In this document: piece by piece, positions 16,243 to 26,402 of the stretch | How the letters are laid out: every line of letters begins with the position of its first letter | Numbering within the stretch: the first letter of the stretch is position 1 | Assembly: GCF_038025025.1 (NCBI RefSeq) | Contig: NW_027117347.1 | Span: 1,178,001 to 1,242,000, forward strand | Direction: 5' to 3' | From: Phyllosticta citribraziliensis | Taxonomy: Eukaryota | DNA length: 64,000 nucleotides | Notes under the pieces: generated by a model | Told to the model about the DNA's origin: nothing | The model's input: only the letters and a program-made list of their open reading frames with translations | Databases searched by the model: none | Program-made: the position numbers and the translations under genes

Positions 16243-16500
16243 GTTCTGGACCAGGGTCGGTGGATGAGGAGCATTCATTCATTCACTCCTAATTGAGCAA
16301 CTTCTGAGCAATGACCTCCACCCCATTGGTCTCCTCCCCCTCCCTCCTGCAAAGCAATTGTTCCCCGTCCCCTTCCCCCACATCCCCCAAGGATCATTCA
16401 CCCGTCGTCGTCGTCGTCGGGGAGCTCCAGGTCAAACATGGGAGGCTCCATGGCGCTGACCGACGCGACAGAGCTCGGCGACGCCGGAGGACCCATGCTC
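16243..16500 (-). repeat. Diverged tandem copy of the 3' end and 3' flank of the adjacent F-box-like gene (partner copy ~16591-16890)
   Basis: Shared blocks gaccagggtc.gtgga..gagcattcattcattc..ctaatt.agcaactt.tgagcaa..acctccacccccattggt and agctccaggtcaaacatgggagg.tccatggcgctgaccgacgcgac. Confidence 0.9.
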
Positions 16501-16748
16501 CCCGTCCACTCCGAGGTCTCGCGGCCAAACACATGTTCAATCCAAGCTTTCGCAGCTGCCATCCCGTTATCAAGATCAAGGGTAAGAAAGTTCTAGACCA
16601 GGGTCAGTGGACAATGAGCATTCATTCATTCCTAATTAAGCAACTTTTGAGCAAGTAACCTCCACCCCCCATTGGTACCCTACCCCTCCCCCTCCCCCTC
16701 AAAGCAAAGGCTCCCCCAACCCCTCCCCACTCGCCCGCCAAGGAGCAC

Positions 16749-17900
16749 TCACTCTTCGTCGTTGTCGTCGTCGTCGCCGTTGTCGTTGCCGCCGTCGCCG
16801 TCGCCGTCGCCGTCGGCCAGCTCCAGGTCAAACATGGGAGGATCCATGGCGCTGACCGACGCGACGGAACTCGGCGACACCGGAAGAGGACCCACGTTCC
16901 CGTCGACGTTGAGGTCCCTGAGACGCATGGCACGGCACAGGCGGAGAACGTCAAAGTCCGCCTCCCTGGTGCCGTCGACGTTCTCCAGGTGCGCGAACGT
17001 GAGGGCGCTCCACTGGAAGGGGTGCGCGGCGTACAAGCCCTCAAAATCCGTCGACATGTCGAGGAAGAGTGGACTCGGTCCCTGGGGACCAAGCCACTCG
17101 AAGCTGAGGGCGCGGAGGGAGCGGCGGAAGCTGCCGAGGAAGTCGTGGAGCGTCTTGAGGAAGTCGACGGAGTTGGTCGGCGTAAGGTGTCCGAGTGGAT
17201 TGAAGAGCTTCACTTTGAGGTGTACCAGGTTCGACCAGAAGAGCTCTGCTTGAGCGGAGGAGGAGAGGATGCTGGCGCCGCGCCAGCGCAGGTACAGCAA
17301 AGCCCCAGCATTGATGGGGTCCAGTGAGAGGACGGTCAGACCGCGCGGAAGGCTACTTTCCATGGCGACGCGGATTGCACCAATCTGCCTCTCGATAGCC
17401 CCGTACGCCAACCAGTCCCAGGTGTTCATGCCCGGCGCACTGATTGCAAGACTTGTGAGCGTGAAGGAAAGCATCGCAAATATCTGCATCCAGAAGGAGT
17501 CTGCGGCTCCAATGAGGGAGAGGCCAGGGGTGTCAAACGTAGAGGCCGTGTCGTAAAGGTAGATTCCCAAGTGCTTGCAATAGGGCGCGATTGTGGAGAG
17601 GGCTTCCAGGCTCTTCTGTTGCTTCTCCTCGTTCTTGACGTTGCCATGGTAGACCAGTTCTTCGAAAACCCTGCTGTGGTATCTGGATTGATCGGCTTCG
17701 ACGCACGCCTTGACCGTCGTGGATGTGGCTCTCAAGGCCAGCAGATCGGCTTTGCTCAGCTGGTCAAGAATCATGTTTCCTGGCTTCGAAATAGTGTTTC
17801 CTTGCTCAACCTTGTTGCCGTCATCGTCGAAGCGGACGGGCTTCTCACTCATCATCGATGCGAGGAGGATTTCCATGGCGGAGGGCTTAGGCAAAGACAT
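16749..17900 (-). CDS. Hypothetical protein with F-box-like N-terminal motif and LRR-like body
   Basis: ~383-aa ORF with coding-like codon usage; ILDQLSKADLLALRATSTTVKACV resembles an F-box; downstream LTSLAIS / LTVLSLD / LVHLKVKL / LRALSFEW LxxLxL repeats. Confidence 0.6.
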   Translation of the reverse strand: MSLPKPSAMEILLASMMSEKPVRFDDDGNKVEQGNTISKPGNMILDQLSKADLLALRATSTTVKACVEADQSRYHSRVFEELVYHGNVKNEEKQQKSLEALSTIAPYCKHLGIYLYDTASTFDTPGLSLIGAADSFWMQIFAMLSFTLTSLAISAPGMNTWDWLAYGAIERQIGAIRVAMESSLPRGLTVLSLDPINAGALLYLRWRGASILSSSAQAELFWSNLVHLKVKLFNPLGHLTPTNSVDFLKTLHDFLGSFRRSLRALSFEWLGPQGPSPLFLDMSTDFEGLYAAHPFQWSALTFAHLENVDGTREADFDVLRLCRAMRLRDLNVDGNVGPLPVSPSSVASVSAMDPPMFDLELADGDGDGDGGNDNGDDDDNDEE

Positions 17901-17939
17901 CGTGGTCAATCAAAGAGTGCTGGTGCTGGTGTGGCCAAA

Positions 17940-18422
17940 AGCTGGAAAGCAAGGACTGATGTCGGAGGTTGTTTTCGCTGGAGGGATCTCGATGGTCCGC
18001 TGTGAGAGTCGAAGGCCGTACGCGCGTGGGGTGCCGAAGAGAATTGGGGCTGGTGTGTTGCTGGTGTGTTGCTGGTGCGATCTCGATGGTCTGCTGTGAG
18101 AATTGAAGGCCGTAAGGACGTGAGGGCTTAAAGGCGTGAGGGCGGGAGGGCGTGAGGGCGTGAGAAATCCGCGGTGGTTCGTCGAGTGAAGAGAATTGGG
18201 GCCGGTGTGGTCGCAAGGCTGGAAGGCAAGGACTGATGTCGGAAAGTGTACTTGTTGTTGGAATTCCAATGGTCCGCTGTGAGAGTCGAAGGCCACAAAT
18301 GCGTGAGGAACTTGCGGCGGTTTGTCTATCGAAGGGGATCGAGGCTGGTTTGGTCGAAAGCAAGGACGGGTGTCGGATATTCGCTGCTGGGGCTTCGATG
18401 GTCCGCTGTGCGAGTCGAAGGG
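17940..18422. repeat. Degenerate modular direct repeats upstream of the F-box-like gene
   Basis: Module gatggtccgctgtgagagtcgaaggcc at ~17991, ~18085, ~18269, ~18397; module gcaaggactgatgtcgga at ~17949, ~18226, ~18360; module gaagagaattgggg at ~18036, ~18188. Confidence 0.85.
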
Positions 18423-20667
18423 TGGAAGGGTTCGAGGAGTCTGGGATGGTGCAAGGAGCGAATTGCCAGGCTTGACGATGAAGGACTGGATCGCTGAAGT
18501 AGACAGGGTCCAGGCGAAGATGGTGAGAAGGAGGTTGTCGGTGGGGTGGTTGGAGGAGGACTGACAAAAGGCAGCTGGGTCAGCCTGTTGAGTCGCCCAC
18601 AATGAGTCGATGAGTCGTCGATGATGTCGCCATATAAGGGGGGTCCACGGGGAGAGACCCCCCTGAAAGGGCGGGTGTGCCAGGCAGCGAAGCGCAGTCG
18701 CACATTTGTGAATCTTTATTGAAGTAGGAGTGCGCTGTGCGCGCAGGTGACCTACTCCTTTCAAACGTGTATGCGAATGAGATCTTGCCCTGAACAATGC
18801 TCCCCAGCTCTTATGCAAAACAATCTCTTCAAACTCTGGTGATCCTTGTGGTTGAAAGGGTCTTCCCAGAGTCCCAGCTTCACCACACCTACACTTCGCA
18901 TTTGGCAACGACCCACGGCGACAGCATACTTCCTATAACGCAGTAGCGGCTCATAGATACCATTGCATGATTAATCGAAGACGTTTTCCAGGTGTTTCGG
19001 GAAATATAACTTTTGATGCATAGGCCTAGTGGTGTTGCGAAGACGCGGGCTTCGCCTTGGGAGAGACATCAGGGTCATGTTTCCCACCACAACCACTGGT
19101 TGAAACCACCGCATCCGCGCCGATAGTTTCTTGTCTGTCCTGCAAGCCATCAACTTTTGCTTCGCAGAAAGTCGCAAATCATGGAAAGGGGAGGGAGGCG
19201 AAGGCGAAACGACGTGTCCGGCCCTCTAATGTTGACAATGAAGCCGTGATGAATGTAGCTTCAGCTGCTGCTAGAAAGCCTATCAAGCTTGGATGACATT
19301 CAAGTCAATGGCTTCTATGTTCGCATAGAAGTGGGTGCAGGAGGCTTTGATTCCCGTCTGTCATGGAGACATTTTTAGGCAAGGTCCGTCACAGCGTCGA
19401 ATGCTCCCAGCGCGGCACCAATGCGCGGCGCCATATTTCGCTGCGAAAATCGACACGTCTACAGCGATTGCGCACGAATTTGAACTTACTTCCGGCGCGA
19501 AAATCGACACCCTGCTGTGACAAAAACTGCAAATACCCTCGCAAAGGCCCCGGAAACTGTACATGCGTAAGTCCGCGCAAGCGCAACGCCGTCCGCGCGA
19601 GCGCAATGCCTACGGAGGCCCGCGGCCTGCTGACGAGTGCGCATGCGCAGCAGCTACCGCGCTCTTCCCACAACACAACCATTGACCACAATCATTCGCA
19701 TTGGACTTCAATGTGAGCTGCAGTCAGGTCGCCACGGCGGGGTTCTCGCCGAATGTTTTCCGCAAGGACCCTGTGGGAGCTCAGCCAGGCCCTGAAGGAG
19801 CTCGAGGTGGTGCCATGGTGCCGCGGCTTCTGGCGGCATCGGCGGCTGCGGAGTCGAGGGGAGGCAGTGGTCGTTGAAGTTGCAATAAAATGTTTGTCCC
19901 GGCTGCACGAGACAGGGATGCGGGAGCCGCAGACGTAGAGCGACAGGAGGATGCAGGAACTCTGTCGCGCATCCATCACAGCGGGATGAAGAGCTTCGGG
20001 CAGTGGAATGGGAAGCTCTTGGGGCTCCACAATTGGTCGGTCGTCGGGGGCCCTGGGGGGTTTGCAGTGCCGTCATCGCGCTGCAGCTCAACAATAAATT
20101 TCCTCGTCCGCCGCCTGTCATCGAGCCGTCCCGTCGTCTTCTGACAGCTCCAGAACTCCTGCTCCCTGCTAGCCCAGTAAGTCGCCGTCCGTTTTCTTCC
20201 GTCACGACTCGACCCAACCAATTCCCCCACCCCGTCCTGCCAATGGTGGGGCTTCGAGCCAGCCAGCGGGGCAGCCGGCAGAGGAGACAGCCAGCCAGGT
20301 CGACGCTCATTGTCCGTCTCGTCATGTCAAGGCGAGGGCTGTGACATCAGGGATCACCAATTCCACCGTCTTCTGCCCTGCCTGCTGCATATCCGTCGTC
20401 TCCAGCGCCTTGCGCAGCCGCGGCTCTCAATCGGCCCCTCCTCTCATTACTCACCTGAGCTCACGTTGATACCGCAAAATCCTGACGCTATTCAACCCCT
20501 CATCGTTCGTCTGCGCTCGAGCTAACCCATCACTATCGAAAAAGGTCTCAATTCCACTTTTAACATCCTAGCCGCGCTCTCCAGTCCGAGTTGGCGTCTT
20601 TCCCCTCCTATCTTCACCTCTCACCTCAGCCTCGCTTTTCCACGACTCCTCACCACATTCGCCCACC

Positions 20668-22260
20668 ATGGTCGGTCTCGGTCCCAGGAAGCCGCCCTCG
20701 CGCAAGGGTTCCATGGCCGATGTGCCCAAGGATCTCCTCCAGACGATCCAGCACCTCGAGTCCATCTTCACCGTCGACACGAGCAAGCTCACGGAGATCA
20801 CGGACCACTTTGTCAAGGAGCTGGAGAAGGGCCTCACCAAAGAGGGTGGCAGCATTCCCATGATTCCGACGTGGTGCATGGGTTTCCCTACGGGCGACGA
20901 GACGGGCACATTCCTTGCCCTGGACATGGGTGGCACCAACCTGCGCGTTTGCGAGATCCACCTGCCAGAGGCAAAGGGAGAATTCGAGATTATACAATCC
21001 AAGTACAGAATGCCAGAGGAGCTCAAGTCTGGCACGGCTGAGGAACTTTGGGGCTACGTCGCAGACTGCCTGCAACAATTTGTGGACTACCACCACGAGG
21101 GCAAGAAGCCCGACGCTCTTCCCCTGGGTTTCACCTTCTCCTACCCGGCAACCCAGGATTACATTGACCACGGTGTGCTGCAACGGTGGACCAAGGGTTT
21201 CGACATTGACGGCGTCGAGGGCAAGGATGTCGTTCCTCCGTTCGAGGCTGCCCTCAAGGAGAGGGTACGTTGTGGTCCAGCAATCTCTCTGGCGGCTCTG
21301 CTTACATTTCGTGTGTAGGGCGTCCCCATCAAGCTCAGTGCTTTGATCAACGACACCACCGGTACTCTCATTGCTTCCGCCTACACCGACCCCCGCATGA
21401 GGATTGGCTGCATTTTCGGCACTGGATGCAACGCCGCCTACATGGAGAAGTGCGGATCCATTCCTAAGATTGACCACATGAACCTCCCCGCAGACATGCC
21501 CATGGCCATCAACTGCGAGTGGGGTGCCTTTGACAATGAGCACGTCGTTCTTCCTAGGACCAAGTACGATGTCATCATTGACAAGGAATCTCCCCGTCCC
21601 GGCCAGCAGTCGTTTGAGAAGATGATTGCCGGTCTCTACCTTGGCGAGGTCTTCCGTCTCGTCCTCGTCGACTTGCACAGTGACCCGGCCGCTCACCTGT
21701 TTGAGGGCCAGGACATTACCAAGCTGAAGAAGGCCTACACCATGGACGCTTCCTTCTTGGCTACTATCGAAGAGTGAGCATCCGTGTCATTTGTTTTGCA
21801 ACATGTTCTGACCAAGCCCAGGGACCCCTTTGAGAACCTTTCGGAGACTGCCGACCTCTTCCAAAACAAGCTTGGCTTGAGGCTCAACAAGCCTGAGCTC
21901 GAGCTGTGCCGTCGGCTGGCTGAGCTGATCGGCACCCGTGCTGCTCGCCTCTCGGCTTGCGGTGTTGCCGCTATCTGCAAGAAGCAGGGCTGGAAGGAGG
22001 CTCACGTTGGCGCCGACGGCTCCGTGTTCAACAAGTACCCACACTTCAAGGCCCGCGGCGCGCAGGCGCTGCGTGAGATCTTTGACTGGGCCAAGAGCCA
22101 GAAGGACTTGATCGAGATCCTTCCCGCCGAGGACGGTTCCGGTGTTGGCGCTGCCCTGATTGCTGCCTTGACTCTCAAGCGTGTTGAGGAGGGCAACCAC
22201 GCGGGTATTCGCGACCCGCAGGGCCTGCTCGAGGGAACGGGTCACCACGCCAAGAAATAA
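20668..22260 (+). CDS. HXK: Hexokinase (3 coding exons)
   Basis: MVGLGPRKPPSRKGSMADVP, LALDMGGTNLRV, LGFTFSYP, INDTTGT, NCEWGAFD, AEDGSGVGAA; introns ~21266-21318 and 21774-21821. Confidence 0.97.
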
Positions 22261-23193
22261 GTCTGACTTGGACTTGTTTGGATGCATGCTTGAATGACGG
22301 AATCGGACCATTGAATTTGGTGTGGTTCTGAGAAACGAATTGTCAATAGACTGTGCAGCGAATGAGCGAAGCGGAGGAGCACAGGCAGCGTTTTATTCTT
22401 AAGTTGATGGGGGGTTTTCTATTGGATACTCACCTACCCAGTATGGCGCTTTACGATACAGAGGAATGAAATAGACCTAACAATAGACCCTTGTTGCAAA
22501 AGCCAAATCAGCATATTTTATGACACGACGCACATGATGACTGCTGACACAACGAGACTTTCCGCACTCGCTCTTTGCAAGTAATCTGTGATTTTGGGCC
22601 GTGCAGCGGTATACTTCAGAAAGGACCAGTCGCAAGACCAAGAGTAATCGAGCCCAAGTGGTACAAATCTGACGGATTTGAACTTACGAGGTTCCGCAAA
22701 GCCCAAGCGCTTCGAAAACCATGGCACTGAAGGGATTTGACAGTGTTCGGATTCCGCTGCACATGAAGGCAGCATGGGTCTCTCGTAGGATATCCACCTG
22801 GTTCCAATCACTCGCTGTGAAATGCTCCATGACAGAGACCATGTTTTGGAAAACCAATCGCGGCTGACTCGAGAGGCACACAAAGGCGTGTTATTCAAAC
22901 AGTTGGGGTGTTGGAGACTCGAGAGCCGGGGAAATTCATAGCACGATATGTCCACCAACAAAGACCGAGACAAAGATCAAGAATGGATAAGATGCAAACC
23001 CAAGATCTGCATGCGTCCACAGACTTGATGAGCTGAGTGGTCGACCTAGAGGTGGTGGTTGCCGCGTCACGTGCGCGGGAGCCGGACTGCCGAACCCACA
23101 CAAACGACCGGCGAAAATGATTGCGACCTTGACAAGGACGACACCCGCCAACGACTCACCACCAACCATCCGTGACCCCCAACAACAGTCAAG

Positions 23194-24043
23194 ATGGTAA
23201 GCTTCCTGACCCTTGATCTCGATGCCGAAGATGCATTCAGGATATCTGCCCGCCGGCTCCATCCAAAACTTGTCCTGGCGCCCTGCGAACGACGACTTCG
23301 ACACCACGAGCCACGCGCCAGCTCGACTCGGAAATTCTCCACGCACAAAAGACATCGGTTCGACGATTGAAGAGCGGCGCCGTAGTCGTACTTGAAAAGA
23401 GTCTTCAAAGAGGAAGTTCACGATCTTGCCGACGACGTATCGAAAGCGCAACGAAGGGCGCTGATCCGAGACGACCTCTCCCACACCGCGGTGGCGACCG
23501 ATGACATCGACATGGCCTGCATCTTTACACACCATAAGGACTACATTTGGATGGAGCCGGCAGACTGCTCATGATTCGCATCAAGGTCGATCAGCTCGCT
23601 GACACAAGATACCTTCAGGTCAACGTTCCCAAGACGAGGCGGACCTACTGCAAGGGCAAGGGTTGCAAGAAGCACACCCAGCACAGGGTCACCCAGTACA
23701 AGGCTGGCAAGGTAGAACATCTGCGTCTCGATGGACCGGAGCACGGCTGATATACGAATCCACAGGCCTCGCTGTACGCCCAGGGAAAGCGTCGTTATGA
23801 CAGAAAGCAGAGCGGTTACGGTGGTCAGACCAAGCCCGTCTTCCACAAGAAGGCCAAGACCACCAAGAAGGTCGTCCTGAGATTGGAATGCACCGTCTGC
23901 AAGACCAAGGCCCAGCTCGCCCTCAAGCGCTGCAAGCACTTCGAGCTTGGGTACGTTGATTCGAGGATCCACTCTTTCCTGCAGCCTGCTCACAGTTTTA
24001 CAGTGGTGACAAGAAGACCAAGGGTGCCGCGCTTGTCTTCTAA
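23194..24043 (+). CDS. RPL42: 60S ribosomal protein eL42 (L44/L42/L36a), 4 exons
   Basis: ATG|GTAAGC, intron to 23618, then [67 protein letters not shown]. Confidence 0.97.
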
Positions 24044-24636
24044 GCGGTTTCTCTCCTTTTGCATGTCCTCGGCATGGGTTCGTGTGGTGCGCTCGGGGGG
24101 TTCACTTCAGCGGATGACGGATGGGTACGTTCGCCACAAAATCGGCGTGGACGGGTATTGTGGTCAAAAAGACCTGGGTTTCTATGACACAATGAAAAAC
24201 ACCAATACAACCTGGATTGAGGCATGCAATAGCGACACGGCCAACAAACGTGCGAACGGACGAAACGACCACGAACAAGAACCTCTCCATGTCCCCCGTC
24301 AAGACCTTGGCAGTGGCTACGGCGAATGCAGGCGAGGCGGGATGGTGGGATCTTCCCGAATGTATCCCAGCGTTGCGCTTGGGTGAGGTTCTTCCCGCGC
24401 CTCTCCACTTCTTAGCCCGTTCGGTATCGAGGCTTAGACGAATCCAGGCAATACCGTGCCACCAATCTTGACCTTTTTATGCTGTACCTGCATCGTTGTC
24501 GCTCATGACGTAGAGCTTTTCCCCTCAACTCGGCTTGGCTGCTAAGTCCGACTTGGTTGTCCCCTCACTTCATCCACGATTTATATGTCCCGTTTTCCTA
24601 CCCCAGTCATGGCGAGAGTGATTCACGGCATTCCAT

Positions 24637-26003
24637 ATGATGCGTTCCGCGTTGATTGGAGTTTTCATCGTGGGTTTGGGCCTCGCCCAAGACCTCACTG
24701 ACCCAGGTGTTGCCGGACCACCACTGGAACTGGTTCACCTCTACTACGACCAATTCCCCACTGGTAATTCCCGGCAGAAGAGATCAGATTATCCTTGACT
24801 AGCATCCCCCAAACTGACACCTCCAAGGCATCGCCGTGTCGTCGACCGGCCGCAAATTCTCCAACTACCCACCAGGCCTTGACGCCAGCAACACCAACAC
24901 GGGGACCAACCGCAAATACACGGTAGCGGAGCTGCTCCCAAACAACACGGAGCGGGCGTACCCATCTCTCGAAATCAACAACCCGCCCGGCGGCGCCATC
25001 AACTACAGCACGACGCCCGCGACCGGCGCCGCCCTCACAACGCACCTCATCGGCGCGCAGTCCGTCGTCATAGACGCGCTGGACCGGCTGTGGATCCTCG
25101 ACACCGGCCGCGCCATCGACCCGCGCAGCGGCGCGCAGGTCCCGGCCCCCGCGCCCGGCGGGCCCAAACTCGTCGGCGTCGACCTGTCCACCGATTCCGT
25201 CTTCCAGACCGTCGTCTTCCCGCCGGACGTCGCGCCCCCGTCGTCCTACCTCAACGACGTGCGCGTCGACGTGCGCGCTGGACTCGCGTACATCACGGAC
25301 TCCAGCGCCGACGCGCTCGTCGTCGTCGATCTAGCCTCTGGCGACAGTTGGCGCCGCCTTGACGGCCACCCGTCGACGCGCGCTGAGCCGCAATTCGTGC
25401 CCAGCGTGTGGGGGACGCCGCTGTACGCGTCGAATGGCGGAGAGCTGACATTCATATCGACGGGCGCCGATGGCATCGCGCTGAGCGCGGATGGCGCGAC
25501 GCTGTTCTACTGTCCGCTGGCGTCGCGCGCGCTGTACGGGGTGCCGACGGCGGCGCTGCAGCGGGGAAGCGAGTTGCAGGCACAGGGCGCCGTCGTCTCG
25601 CTCGGGCAAAAGGGGTTCAGCGACGGCATGGAGAGCGACGACCGCGGGCTGGTGTATTGGGGCAGCATGGAGCAGAATGCCGTGGGCTGGTACAGTGTTG
25701 AGAACGGGACGACGGGGACGTTGGTTAGGGATCCGCGGATCAATTGGGTTGACACGTGTGAGTGATCGCGGCCTCTCTCTCTCCTCCCCCCTTGTATTGC
25801 GTGAGCGGACGACTTGGAGTGGGTGTTGACTTGTTGATTGCGTGTGCGCAGTTTCCATCGCCGCCGACGGCTACCTCTACTTCACTAACAATCAGCTGAA
25901 CCTGGCGCCGGGCTTCAACAGTGGAAACGACAACAGGAAAAAGCCGTACTCGCTGTTCAGGGTGCCATTGCCAGACGGTGGGAGGAAGATCACGCGGCGT
26001 TGA
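24637..26003 (+). CDS. Secreted major royal jelly protein / yellow family protein (3 exons)
   Basis: Signal peptide MMRSALIGVFIVGLGLA; PLELVHLYYDQFPTGIAVS; IDALDRLWILDTG, YLNDVRVD, AYITDS, ADGIALS, INWVDT. Confidence 0.88.
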
Positions 26004-26402
26004 AGGATTCAGCAGCGTGCATGTAAAAAGAGCCATCGCAGGCTATCAATTCACATCATCGATATATGAATTCATGCGGTTTGGTCCCACCTCTTGAAGA
26101 TGGACCATGAAAATTTCTACAAGCCTGCGTGTCACTCTCGTCATGTCTGCATTCTCAGGCTTCACACATTGAATTTTCATTTTCACTACCTAAGCTACCT
26201 ACATACCACACTTTGCACAAGTCAGGAATTCATCAAGCGAGCACATCGCAGATCGCAAAGGTTTGTGAGCAAATCCTAGCTCACCTTCACTAGCCAAGTT
26301 CTTCGAAGAAGCGAAACATTCATTCGTCAATGCAGGCGAGCAAAGAAATGCAAGATGCGTAAAGCAACCGACCCATGTTTGATTTCTGTCCAACGGGAGC
26401 GC

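Noticed and set aside
17940..18422. CRISPR-like repeat-spacer appearance
   Set aside because: Eukaryotic context, degenerate repeats, irregular spacers that themselves share modules, no cas genes
17910..18908. 332-aa and 226-aa minus-strand ORFs over the repeat array
   Set aside because: Non-ATG starts, repeats translated in shifting frames, no protein-like features
24637..26003. Functional link of the MRJP/yellow gene with ayg1 as a pigment cluster
   Set aside because: 13 kb apart with housekeeping genes between; no evidence that fungal MRJP proteins act in DHN melanin
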